64,000 nt of DNA from Alphaproteobacteria bacterium (GTDB lineage: Bacteria > Pseudomonadota > Alphaproteobacteria > SP197): positions 704,001-768,000 of the forward strand of contig OZ219918.1 in NCBI GenBank assembly GCA_964291415.2, given 5' to 3'. Under the pieces are notes generated by a model. The model was not told the DNA's origin. It did no database searches and saw only the letters and a list, made by a program, of their open reading frames with translations. The translations under genes and the position numbers were made by a program. Below are positions 49,524-58,563 of the stretch, one piece after another. Numbering within the stretch: position 1 is the first letter of the stretch; the number at the start of each line of letters is the position of its first letter.

Positions 49524-51707
49524 ATGTTTGATATTCATAAGAAGGAACTAGTCTGGGGTGGCCGCACGCTGACGCTGGAAACCGGGCGCGTCGCCCGTCA
49601 GGCGGACGGAGCGGTGCTCGCGACCTACGGTGCGACCACCGTATTGTGCACGGCCGTGGCCCAGAAACAGCCACGCGAGGGCGTGGACTTTTTTCCGCTC
49701 ACCGTGAACTACCAGGAAAAGGCCTTCGCGGCCGGCAAGATTCCCGGAGGATTCTTCAAGCGGGAAGGGCGCCCGAGCGAAAAGGAAACCCTGTCGTCGC
49801 GTATTATCGACCGGTCGATCCGGCCGCTCTTCGCCTCCGGATTCCGCAACGAGACACAGGTCATCTGTACCGTGCTCGCCCACGACCTCGAGAATGATCC
49901 GGATGTCGTCGCCCTGGTCGGATCCTCCGCCGCGCTGGCCATATCGGGTATCCCGTTCAACGGTCCCGTCGGCTGCGCCAGGGTCGGCTTCATCGATGGC
50001 GAGTATGTCCTCAACCCGTTGCTGAGACAGATGAGCGAATCCCGCCTCGATCTCGTGGTCGCCGGACGTTCTGATGCCGTCATGATGGTGGAGTCCGAGG
50101 CGCAGGAGCTGAGCGAGGACGAGATGCTCGGTGCCGTGATGTTTGCCCAGCAGGAGTTCCAGCCGGTGATCGCCGCCATCAGCGACCTTGCCGCAGCCTG
50201 CGGCCGGGATCCCTGGCGCGTGCCGGAGCCCGAAGACACGGGCGATCTCGAGAGCGCGGTACGCGACATCATCGGTGAAGAACTCGCCGATGCGTACCGG
50301 GAGGCCGACAAGCAGACCCGCCAGGAGAGACTGCAGGCAGCCAGAAGCACGGTGAGGGAGCGCTTTGCCAAGGACGAATCGGTGACGAGCGACACCCTGG
50401 CGGGAGTTCTCAAGTCCCTCGAAAAGGCGACCATGCGCGATGCCACCCTGAGCTCGGGCGTGCGCGTCGACGGTCGGCAGACCAACGCCGTCCGTCAGAT
50501 TTCATCGCAAGTCGGCGTTCTCGAACGCTCCCATGGTTCGTCACTTTTCACCAGGGGGGAGACCCAGGCGCTCGTGACCGTGACGCTGGGAACCGGGCAG
50601 GACGAGCAGGTGATGGATGCCCTTGCGGGTGAGTACCGTGAGCACTTCATGCTGCACTACAACTTTCCGCCCTACTCGGTGGGCGAGGCGAGTTTCCTGC
50701 GCTCTCCTGGCCGCCGCGAGATCGGTCACGGCAAGCTGGCCTGGCGCGCCATCCACCCGCTGCTGCCGGAAAAGGAGAAGTTCCCCTACACCATCAGGGT
50801 GGTCTCGGAGATCACCGAATCAAACGGTTCCTCGTCGATGGCGACGGTATGCGGCAGTTCGCTCGCGCTGATGGATGCCGGCGTGCCGCTGACACGGCCC
50901 TGCGCCGGCATTGCCATGGGTCTCATCAAGGAAGGCGACCGGTTCGTCGTTCTCTCCGACATCCTTGGAGACGAGGACCACCTGGGTGACATGGACTTCA
51001 AGGTAGCGGGCACCGGGAACGGCGTCACGAGCCTGCAGATGGACATCAAGATCGCCGGCATCACCCGGGAGATCATGTCCGTCGCTCTCGAACAGGCACG
51101 TGAAGGCCGACTTCACATTCTGGAGGAAATGGCGCGCGCGATCGGCTCGACGCGAGACACGCTGTCGGACTTCGCGCCGCGCATCACCACGATCAAGGTT
51201 CCTTCCGACAGGATTCGCGACATCATCGGACCGGGCGGCAAGGTCATCCGCGAGATGACGGAGGTCAGCGGAACCAAGATCGATGTCGAGGATGATGGAA
51301 CCGTCAAGATCGCGTCCTCGGATCCCTCGGCAACCGACACGGCCCTGACGATGATCAGGGACATCGTCGCCGAACCGGAGGTCGGTGTGATCTATGATGG
51401 AACCGTGGTCAAGTGCCTCGATTTCGGCGCGTTTGTCAACTTCATCGGCAAGCGGGACGGCCTCGTGCACATTTCCGAACTGGCGCAGGGTCGTGTGGCC
51501 ACCGTCGGCGACGTGGTCAAGGAAGGAGACCGCGTGAAGGTCAAAGTCCTGGGGATCGATGATCGCGGCAAGGTGAAGCTCTCCATGAGGGTGGTCGATC
51601 AGGAGACTGGCGAGGACATCACGGAACAGGTCGGTGAACGCGAACAGCCAAAGCGCCGTGAACGCAGGGATGACGGCCGCAAACCCCGCCGGCCGCATCA
51701 CAATTGA
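49524..51707 (+). CDS. pnp: Polyribonucleotide nucleotidyltransferase
   Basis: [44 protein letters not shown] and S1 domains. Confidence 0.97.
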   Translation: MFDIHKKELVWGGRTLTLETGRVARQADGAVLATYGATTVLCTAVAQKQPREGVDFFPLTVNYQEKAFAAGKIPGGFFKREGRPSEKETLSSRIIDRSIRPLFASGFRNETQVICTVLAHDLENDPDVVALVGSSAALAISGIPFNGPVGCARVGFIDGEYVLNPLLRQMSESRLDLVVAGRSDAVMMVESEAQELSEDEMLGAVMFAQQEFQPVIAAISDLAAACGRDPWRVPEPEDTGDLESAVRDIIGEELADAYREADKQTRQERLQAARSTVRERFAKDESVTSDTLAGVLKSLEKATMRDATLSSGVRVDGRQTNAVRQISSQVGVLERSHGSSLFTRGETQALVTVTLGTGQDEQVMDALAGEYREHFMLHYNFPPYSVGEASFLRSPGRREIGHGKLAWRAIHPLLPEKEKFPYTIRVVSEITESNGSSSMATVCGSSLALMDAGVPLTRPCAGIAMGLIKEGDRFVVLSDILGDEDHLGDMDFKVAGTGNGVTSLQMDIKIAGITREIMSVALEQAREGRLHILEEMARAIGSTRDTLSDFAPRITTIKVPSDRIRDIIGPGGKVIREMTEVSGTKIDVEDDGTVKIASSDPSATDTALTMIRDIVAEPEVGVIYDGTVVKCLDFGAFVNFIGKRDGLVHISELAQGRVATVGDVVKEGDRVKVKVLGIDDRGKVKLSMRVVDQETGEDITEQVGEREQPKRRERRDDGRKPRRPHHN

Positions 51708-51779
51708 ACGCATCACTGGATGATGGGACACGATGTAACGTGTCATAATGGCGTACCGTAGCCAGGGGAGACCGGGTGG

Positions 51780-53177
51780 GTGAAGCCGCTGAACTCCATA
51801 CGCATCTCGGGACGCGACGTTCTGCCCCTTGTCGAAGGCGGCAAGGGGATCTCGATTTCGAATGGCGAGAGTTCAGGCGCCTGGGCGAACTGTGGCGGCG
51901 TCGGCACGTTTTCCGGCGTCAACGCTGATCATCGTGACGAGAGCGGGGAACTGATCCCCCAGGTCTACACGGGGCGCAGCCGCAAGGAGCGGCATGAGGA
52001 GCTGGTGGAGTTCGGAATCAAGGGTGGCATTCACCAGGCACAGGTGGCCCACGAACTTGCCGCCGGCGAGGGCGTCATTCATGTGAACGTCCTGTGGGAG
52101 ATGGGGGGATGCGAGAGAGTGCTGCACGGCGTTCTCGAGGGAGCCAAGGGACTGGTCCATGGCGTCACGTGCGGCGCCGGCATGCCCTACAAGATGGCCC
52201 AGATCTGTTCGGAGTACGGTGTCTACTACTACCCGATCACCAGTTCCGCCCGGGCCTTCAACATCCTGTGGAAACGCGCCTATCATCGATTTCCCGAGCT
52301 GCTGGGAGGTGTCGTCTACGAAGATCCGTGGCGCGCCGGCGGACACAATGGTCTCTCCAATGTCGAGGATCCGGAGGTTCCCGAAGACCCCTATCCCAGG
52401 GTCGTCGCATTGCGCAAGGTGATGCAGAGTGTCGGTCTTGATGACACTCCCATCTTCATGGCCGGAGGTGTGTGGCGCGTCGACGAGTGGCTTGACTGGC
52501 TTGACAATCCCGAGGTCGGCCCCGTGGCCTTCCAGTTCGGAACACGTCCTCTGCTGACCGAGGAAAGCCCGATCTCGGATACATGGAAGCGGCGATTGCT
52601 CACGCTGCGCGAGGGCGAGATCAGTCTCAACCGGTTCAGTCCGACCGGGTTCTATTCATCGGCGGTGGAGAACAGCTTCCTTCTCGAACTCAAGACACGC
52701 AATCGCCGCCAGGTCGCGTATGCGACCGAACCTGTCGGCGATCATGTGGTCGAGTTCGCCTTTGGTCCCCGGGGGCGCCTCGTCTACCTCACGGAGCACG
52801 ATCTCGACGAGGTCCGTCAATGGGTCGCGGCAGGGTTCAGCGACCCCCTGAAGACGCCCGATTCCACTCTGGTTTTCGTCACGCCCGAGAAATCCCGGCA
52901 GATCCGTACCGATCAGATCGAGTGCATGGGCTGTCTCAGCCAGTGCCGGTTCTCGAACTGGAAGTGCAGCGAAACGGGGACCACCGGCCGCAAACCGGAT
53001 CCTCGCAGCTATTGCATCCAGAAGACCCTGCAGGTCATCAGCCATTCCGACGACATTGAAACCCAGCTCATGTTCGCCGGTCACAACGCTTACCGATTTG
53101 CCAACGACCCCTGGTACGCCAACGGCTTCATTCCGAGCGTGGCACAACTGATGGACCGCCTTCAGACCGGTCAGTAG
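51780..53177 (+). CDS. Nitronate-monooxygenase-family flavoprotein, FabX-like with Fe-S Cys motif
   Basis: PLVEGGKG.SIS, GAGMP, AGGHNG, AGG, FQFGT, C-terminal CMGCLSQC...YCI..LMFAGHNAY. Confidence 0.8.
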   Translation: MKPLNSIRISGRDVLPLVEGGKGISISNGESSGAWANCGGVGTFSGVNADHRDESGELIPQVYTGRSRKERHEELVEFGIKGGIHQAQVAHELAAGEGVIHVNVLWEMGGCERVLHGVLEGAKGLVHGVTCGAGMPYKMAQICSEYGVYYYPITSSARAFNILWKRAYHRFPELLGGVVYEDPWRAGGHNGLSNVEDPEVPEDPYPRVVALRKVMQSVGLDDTPIFMAGGVWRVDEWLDWLDNPEVGPVAFQFGTRPLLTEESPISDTWKRRLLTLREGEISLNRFSPTGFYSSAVENSFLLELKTRNRRQVAYATEPVGDHVVEFAFGPRGRLVYLTEHDLDEVRQWVAAGFSDPLKTPDSTLVFVTPEKSRQIRTDQIECMGCLSQCRFSNWKCSETGTTGRKPDPRSYCIQKTLQVISHSDDIETQLMFAGHNAYRFANDPWYANGFIPSVAQLMDRLQTGQ

Positions 53178-53235
53178 GATGTCGCGATCGGTCGGACGTG
53201 GAATCTTGCCGTGGCCGGCGCTATAGAGAACTCCC

Positions 53236-53646
53236 ATGCGACACGACAATGACGATATCGATGAACTGCTCGCCTCCAGGGGATTGCGGCTGACGCGTCA
53301 GAGACGTCAGCTCGCCGGCCTCCTCTTCAGGGGCGGCGACCGCCACGTGACAGCGGAAATGCTCGCGCGGGAAGCGAAGCTGGGCGGTATCAGAGTGTCT
53401 CTCGCAACGGTCTACAACACGCTGCACCAGTTCACCCGGGCGGGTCTGCTGCGCCGGATCAGTGTTGACTCCGCCAGGACCTGGTTCGATACGAATACGA
53501 CCGTCCATCACCATTTCTTCAATACCAGTAGTCTGGAGCTCACCGACATTCCGCAGGACCGTGTCAGCGTCAACGTGCAGCCGGCACCACCGGACGGCAC
53601 CGCCATCGATCACGTCGACGTGGTGATCCGGGTGACGCCACAGTGA
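53236..53646 (+). CDS. irr: Iron response regulator Irr (Fur family)
   Basis: GLRLTRQR, RHVTAE, SLATVYNTLHQFT, FDTN..HHHFF. Confidence 0.9.
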   Translation: MRHDNDDIDELLASRGLRLTRQRRQLAGLLFRGGDRHVTAEMLAREAKLGGIRVSLATVYNTLHQFTRAGLLRRISVDSARTWFDTNTTVHHHFFNTSSLELTDIPQDRVSVNVQPAPPDGTAIDHVDVVIRVTPQ

Positions 53647-53653
53647 CTGCCGC

Positions 53654-53682
53654 TTGACAGATTGGAATGATTCCAGATAACG
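53654..53682 (+). promoter_or_regulatory. Promoter with ICE-like (Irr) box upstream of rubrerythrin
   Basis: TTGACA at 53654 followed by ATTGGAATGATTCCAGA (53661-53677), 15/17 match to TTTRGAAYNRTTCYAAA. Confidence 0.75.
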
Positions 53683-53762
53683 TCCAGCCGGAGCGGTCGG
53701 ACCGCTCCTTTCACCAGCACCCCGAGGGCCCCTGAGGGCCGCATAATCCTGAGGAGAAGAGC

Positions 53763-54182
53763 ATGTCACTTGGTGGCACCAGGACCGAACAGAATCTGAA
53801 AGACGCCTTTGCCGGCGAGAGCCAGGCGAACCGCCGCTACCTCTACTTTGCCCAGAAGGCAGATATCGAGGGCTACAACGACGTAGCTGCCGTTTTCCGT
53901 TCGACGGCGGAAGGCGAGACCGGACACGCCCATGGCCATCTCGAGTTCCTCGAGGAGACCGGTGATCCGGCAACCGGCGAGCCGATCGGGTCCACGGACC
54001 GGAATCTCAAGGCAGCGATTGCCGGAGAGACCCACGAGTACACGGACATGTATCCAGGCATGGCCAGGGCAGCCCGCGACGAAGGATTTGACGAGATTGC
54101 GGACTGGTTCGAGACCCTCGCCAAGGCCGAGAAGAGTCACGCCGGGCGTTTCCAGAAGGCGCTTGATACGCTCGACGACTGA
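53763..54182 (+). CDS. rbr: Short (aerobic-type) rubrerythrin lacking a rubredoxin domain
   Basis: [34 protein letters not shown]. Confidence 0.92.
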   Translation: MSLGGTRTEQNLKDAFAGESQANRRYLYFAQKADIEGYNDVAAVFRSTAEGETGHAHGHLEFLEETGDPATGEPIGSTDRNLKAAIAGETHEYTDMYPGMARAARDEGFDEIADWFETLAKAEKSHAGRFQKALDTLDD

Positions 54183-54199
54183 TCCGGAGCCGGGACGGG

Positions 54200-54248
54200 G
54201 GCTTGCCTGCGGCAGCCGCCGTCCCTGTCTTCCCGCCGCAGGCAAGCC
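54200..54248 (+). terminator. 14-bp perfect stem-loop after rubrerythrin (partial terminator or mRNA-stabilising element)
   Basis: GGCTTGCCTGCGGC ... GCCGCAGGCAAGCC followed by TTT. Confidence 0.6.
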
Positions 54249-54269
54249 TTTCCTGTGCGGATTGTGACC

Positions 54270-55634
54270 ATGCGAGAAGGCAGTCTCGACGCCCCGACAC
54301 GCCATGTCGTCGACTGGCGCAATCCCGAATTCGTCGATGCCGGGAAGATTGATGCCGAGTTGCGGCGCGTCTTCGACATCTGTCACGGATGTCGGCGGTG
54401 CTTCAACCTGTGCGATACCTTTCCCCGCCTGTTCGATCTCATCGACGACTCGGCAACCGGCGAACTCGATTCCGTCGACAGCGCGGATTTCCGATCTGTT
54501 ACCGATGCCTGCACGTTCTGCGACATGTGCTTCATGACCAAGTGTCCCTACGTGCCGCCCCACGAATTCGATCTCGACTTTCCCCACCTCATGCTTCGCG
54601 TCAGGGCGGCCGAGTTTCGCCGTAGCGAACGCAGCTTCATGGATCGACGGATCGCCGATACCGACACCAACGGCCGGTTGGGAACGACGTTCTCGCCCCT
54701 GGCCAACTGGGCGCTCGACAGGAAGAACCGTCTGACCCGCCCCCTGATGCAGGCGGCCTGCGGGATCCACGCCGAGGCCGAACTCCCCCGATTCAATGCG
54801 GCAAGCCTGGTGTCCGTTGCCGCCCGGGAGCCCCTCGACGTCAACCGCGAAGCCCCGGCCTATCCCCGCAAGGCGGTCATCTACGCCACCTGTTTCTCGA
54901 ACTGGAACGATGCCGGGATCGGGGACGCATTCCGGCGTATCCTGGCCCACAACGGCATCGAGACAAGGGTGGTGCATCCGGGCTGTTGCGGCATGCCGAA
55001 GCTGGAACTCGGTGATTTGGCGGATGTGGCACAGCGCGCCCGGACGGTGTCCGGGGAACTGCTGCGCTGGCACGACGACGGCTGGGACATCGTGTCCCTC
55101 GTGCCGTCGTGTTCACTGATGATGAAGTTCGAATGGCCGTTGATCGTTCCCGACGACGGTTCGGTCACGCGCCTGGCATCCGTGGTTCACGATGCCAGCG
55201 AGTACGTTGTCCAGATTGCCCGCTCGGAGGGCCTCGCCGGCGACCTCGAACCGATCGACGGACCCGTGACCCTGCATGTCGCCTGTCACGCGCGGGCCCA
55301 GAACATGGGAGCGAAGGCGGCTGAGATGCTGCGTCTGATTCCCGATACGAAGGTCAACGTCATCGAGAGGTGTTCCGGGCACGGCGGATCCTGGGGGGTG
55401 CGGACTGCCACCTTCGAAACAGGCATGAAGGTCGGCAAGGCCGTCATGCGCAACGTTGCCAGGCACGATCCCGAGGGCGCCGGCGTCGTCGCTTCGGAAT
55501 GCCCGTTGGCAGGCCTCCACATTGGCCAGGGAGTCGCGCGCTTGGAAGGACGCGAGACGCCGGCTCTGAAGGCATGTCATCCGATCCAGCTGATGGCTCG
55601 TTCCTGGGGCCTTGAAGAGAGGGGTCCGGGATGA
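54270..55634 (+). CDS. Rubrerythrin-associated Fe-S oxidoreductase (GlpC/CCG-domain)
   Basis: CHGCRRCFNLC, CTFCDMC..KCP, CCGMP, CSGHGG, SECP. Confidence 0.9.
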   Translation: MREGSLDAPTRHVVDWRNPEFVDAGKIDAELRRVFDICHGCRRCFNLCDTFPRLFDLIDDSATGELDSVDSADFRSVTDACTFCDMCFMTKCPYVPPHEFDLDFPHLMLRVRAAEFRRSERSFMDRRIADTDTNGRLGTTFSPLANWALDRKNRLTRPLMQAACGIHAEAELPRFNAASLVSVAAREPLDVNREAPAYPRKAVIYATCFSNWNDAGIGDAFRRILAHNGIETRVVHPGCCGMPKLELGDLADVAQRARTVSGELLRWHDDGWDIVSLVPSCSLMMKFEWPLIVPDDGSVTRLASVVHDASEYVVQIARSEGLAGDLEPIDGPVTLHVACHARAQNMGAKAAEMLRLIPDTKVNVIERCSGHGGSWGVRTATFETGMKVGKAVMRNVARHDPEGAGVVASECPLAGLHIGQGVARLEGRETPALKACHPIQLMARSWGLEERGPG

Positions 55635-56209
55635 AGATTCACCGTGATGACATCATCGCGCCTGAAGAGTACGCACGGATGCGTGGGGAACACCGTGCCC
55701 GCATCCGCGAAGTCAAGCGGCACCGGCGCGTCGAAGTCGGTCCCTTCATCACCTTCTTTTTCGAGAACCGCCAGACGATGTGGCACCAGATCCATGAGAT
55801 GCTGCACATCGAGAAGGGTGGTGAAGAACAGATCGCCGACGAACTCGACGCCTACAACCCCCTGGTTCCCGAAGGCCGCGATCTGCGCGTGACGATGATG
55901 ATCGAGATCGACGACCCGATACGGCGCAATACAATGCTGCGCCGTCTGGGATGGATCGACGAAACAGTGTCCTTCCTGGTCGGTGACCGGTCGATTGTCG
56001 CAGAACCGCTTCAGGACACCGAACGCAACACGTCTGACGGCAAGACGAGCAGCATCCACTTCCTGGTGTTCCGCTTCGATGACGAAACCGTCGCCATGTT
56101 CCGTGATCCCGGGGTGCGCGTGGCCCTGGAGGTCGGCCACGAGAACTATGGCCACCAGGCAGTCCTGACGCCGCAGACGCGCGAATCCCTTGCCGGCGAC
56201 TTTTCCTGA
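55631..56209 (+). CDS. DUF3501 family protein
   Basis: FENRQT...QIHEML.IE, ELDAYNPLVP, SSIHFL.F; third gene of the rbr cluster. Confidence 0.87.
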   Translation: MKIHRDDIIAPEEYARMRGEHRARIREVKRHRRVEVGPFITFFFENRQTMWHQIHEMLHIEKGGEEQIADELDAYNPLVPEGRDLRVTMMIEIDDPIRRNTMLRRLGWIDETVSFLVGDRSIVAEPLQDTERNTSDGKTSSIHFLVFRFDDETVAMFRDPGVRVALEVGHENYGHQAVLTPQTRESLAGDFS

Positions 56210-56224
56210 ATTGGCCGGGGGCGT

Positions 56225-57016
56225 TCAGCGAGTCCGCTTGAGCGCCGTCTGGGTGAAGTCGTTGAGATCGAGGTCGGTTCCGAACGTGTAGTCCGTCCAG
56301 TTGAGATCGGTACTCTTCCCGGTGAGATGATTCGTCATCGACAGTTGTCTGGCACGCCAGAAGCGGTCGAGGTAGAGGTTGTAGTCATCGACCACCAGAG
56401 TCTTGAGAAGGGATTCCCTGCGGTCGTAGTACTCGATCCTGACGGTGAGCAGTTCGACCGTGTCGATCCACATCACCTGGCGCGAGTAACCGGAGTCCTC
56501 GAGGGTCGGGAAGCGTTCAATCATGTGGCATGTCAGATCGCCACAGGGTTCCTCACCGAGATGCCGGTAGGTGTATCGTTCGATCTCCGAGGCCCCCATG
56601 TCCTCGTATGAGAATTCGCTTCCCATGAATGAACCCGACTGGTTCGACGAACTGATGCGCTTGACCCTCTCGAGGGCCGGGAGATAGAGCCACTGGTCGT
56701 CCGCCTCGTCCTTGTGGGCGTGGACGAGGAAGGCTGTTCCCTTGACATCGCGCGGCCGGTCGAAAACGAAAATGGTGCGGTCTCCATCGTTCTCGACCTC
56801 GATGACCTTGATGCGGACCTCCCGCGTACTTTCCTCCCCGCGCTTGTTGCGCAGGATCATGCCCATGTTCGCCGTGAAGTTTCCGAATCCCTTCTGGCGT
56901 TCGCGGGCCTCCGTGGCAATACGCAACCCGGCTTCCTCGGGCGTTTCGGCATCGACACGGGACAGTCCCGGAATCCAGGCGGCGGCAAAGGCAACGAGGA
57001 CGAGAATCATGCGCAT
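56225..57016 (-). CDS. Outer-membrane lipoprotein-sorting (LolA-like) protein
   Basis: Signal peptide; PRDVKGTAFL, DDQWLYLPAL.RVKRI, FMGSEFSYED. Confidence 0.85.
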   Translation of the reverse strand: MRMILVLVAFAAAWIPGLSRVDAETPEEAGLRIATEARERQKGFGNFTANMGMILRNKRGEESTREVRIKVIEVENDGDRTIFVFDRPRDVKGTAFLVHAHKDEADDQWLYLPALERVKRISSSNQSGSFMGSEFSYEDMGASEIERYTYRHLGEEPCGDLTCHMIERFPTLEDSGYSRQVMWIDTVELLTVRIEYYDRRESLLKTLVVDDYNLYLDRFWRARQLSMTNHLTGKSTDLNWTDYTFGTDLDLNDFTQTALKRTR

Positions 57017-57430
57017 GGTGGGTTCCTCACTTTCCGTTTCCGGAGCCTGCAGTCCAGGTCGAGTCCGACGAGACGGGAAGGCCGGCGGTCCGTGCATGCG
57101 CGACAACGCTGCCGGACGGCGTCAGGAACCCCTCACTGCCATCGCACAAGCCTGAGGCCATCGAACGCTCCATTCCGTAGAACCATGCCGATCATAGCCC
57201 CAAGACAGTCAAACAAACAGGTGAACGAGAGCCAGACGGGCTTGACCCCTTGACATGACATGCGTTGCCAAACGACCGCATGGCGCCGGCAGCCCAGGCT
57301 CAACAGCCGGCACAGATCCGCACGGATTCGCAGCGCAAGGCACCGTTTGGCACGACACCAGGCTGTTCGGAGCCCGGATCCACAGCGCGCACAGACCGAA
57401 TTCGCGGCCTCCGGATCAACGTCCTCCAGT

Positions 57431-57454
57431 CGGACCGTTCCATCGAGCGGTCCG
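57431..57454. terminator. GC hairpin just downstream of the WYL gene
   Basis: CGGACCGTTC-CATC-GAGCGGTCCG; no clear U-tract. Confidence 0.3.
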
Positions 57455-57462
57455 CAACCCGA

Positions 57463-58491
57463 TCACAGTCGCTGACTGTCCTGGGTTTCGCGTCCGACAG
57501 GGTTGGCTGGTTCGTGATGGAGGGCGAGACGTTGGCACATTGTTGCCAACCTCTTGCGGAGGCGGACGGGCTTCTCGACGATGACGCTGTCGCCCCAGGT
57601 GACGAGGTGCCAGCACATCTCGTCGATGCCGCCCGCCTTGAACTGCACCGTGACCGAACCATCGCCGTTCTCCTCGACCGCCTGGTCCGGGTGAAACAGG
57701 AAGGCTGCAGCATCCCGCGCCGCCCGGGGCAGGAAGCGCAGGACGACCTTGACGGGCCTTTCCTGGAACGTGCCAAAGGAACGCCTGGCGTAGGCCCTCA
57801 AGTCGAACGCCGGATCGCGCTCGAACCGCTCGTCGGCGAGCCGGGCGTCGCTCACGTTCGTGAGACGCCACAGACGCAACTCGCCGGCCCAGTCGGTACG
57901 TCCTACCAGGAAGGCCCGATTGCCGTGGAGCAGGCCATAGGGCTGCACACGTTGGCGGCTTTGCCGTCCCGTCGACTGGGCGATGTAGTGGAATTCCACC
58001 ACACGGCTGGTCACGACGGCCTCGCGCAGGAGCGAGAGAAGGCCGGCGTCGAGGCGTGGTCGGGGCCCAGGACGCATGGCCAGCCCTTCGGCGAGGACCA
58101 GCGCCTCGACGTCCGCCTCAATTCTGTCAAGCGTATGCTGTTGCATCGCGGCACGCAGCTTGCAGGCGATCTCCCGCATCGTCTCAGCCCTTCCGTCGAG
58201 GCCAGCGCGCTCCAGGGCGTCGGCGGCTCCTGCCAGTTCCGCCAGCTCCTCTGCCGAGATGGAGACGAGGCGGCGCAGGGCATCCGAGCGCAATCGCCAG
58301 TGTTTCCTCTTGTCGTCCCGTGGCACGGTTTCCAGAGCTCCGAAGGCCGCTTCGACAGCATCCCGCATGCGCTCTGCCGTCTTCCGGCTGACTTTGAAGT
58401 CATCCTGGATGCCGTCCAGCGTCATGCCGCTGCGCGAGCCCTGCATGCGTATTGCCAGATCGATGATGTCCGTCAGTCGTTCATACCGCAT
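57463..58491 (-). CDS. DriD-like HTH-WYL-WCX transcriptional regulator
   Basis: N-terminal wHTH GMTLD....VSRKTAERMRDAV.AAF, WYL VQPYGLL....FLV...LRLWRL, WCX FLFHPDQ, EMCWHLVTWG. Confidence 0.88.
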   Translation of the reverse strand: MRYERLTDIIDLAIRMQGSRSGMTLDGIQDDFKVSRKTAERMRDAVEAAFGALETVPRDDKRKHWRLRSDALRRLVSISAEELAELAGAADALERAGLDGRAETMREIACKLRAAMQQHTLDRIEADVEALVLAEGLAMRPGPRPRLDAGLLSLLREAVVTSRVVEFHYIAQSTGRQSRQRVQPYGLLHGNRAFLVGRTDWAGELRLWRLTNVSDARLADERFERDPAFDLRAYARRSFGTFQERPVKVVLRFLPRAARDAAAFLFHPDQAVEENGDGSVTVQFKAGGIDEMCWHLVTWGDSVIVEKPVRLRKRLATMCQRLALHHEPANPVGRETQDSQRL

Positions 58492-58563
58492 CGGGATGTT
58501 CCTCGCTGTCCCCGGAGGTTCACTGGCCGGCCACCATGGCGCGACCGATGGGGCGCGACAACC

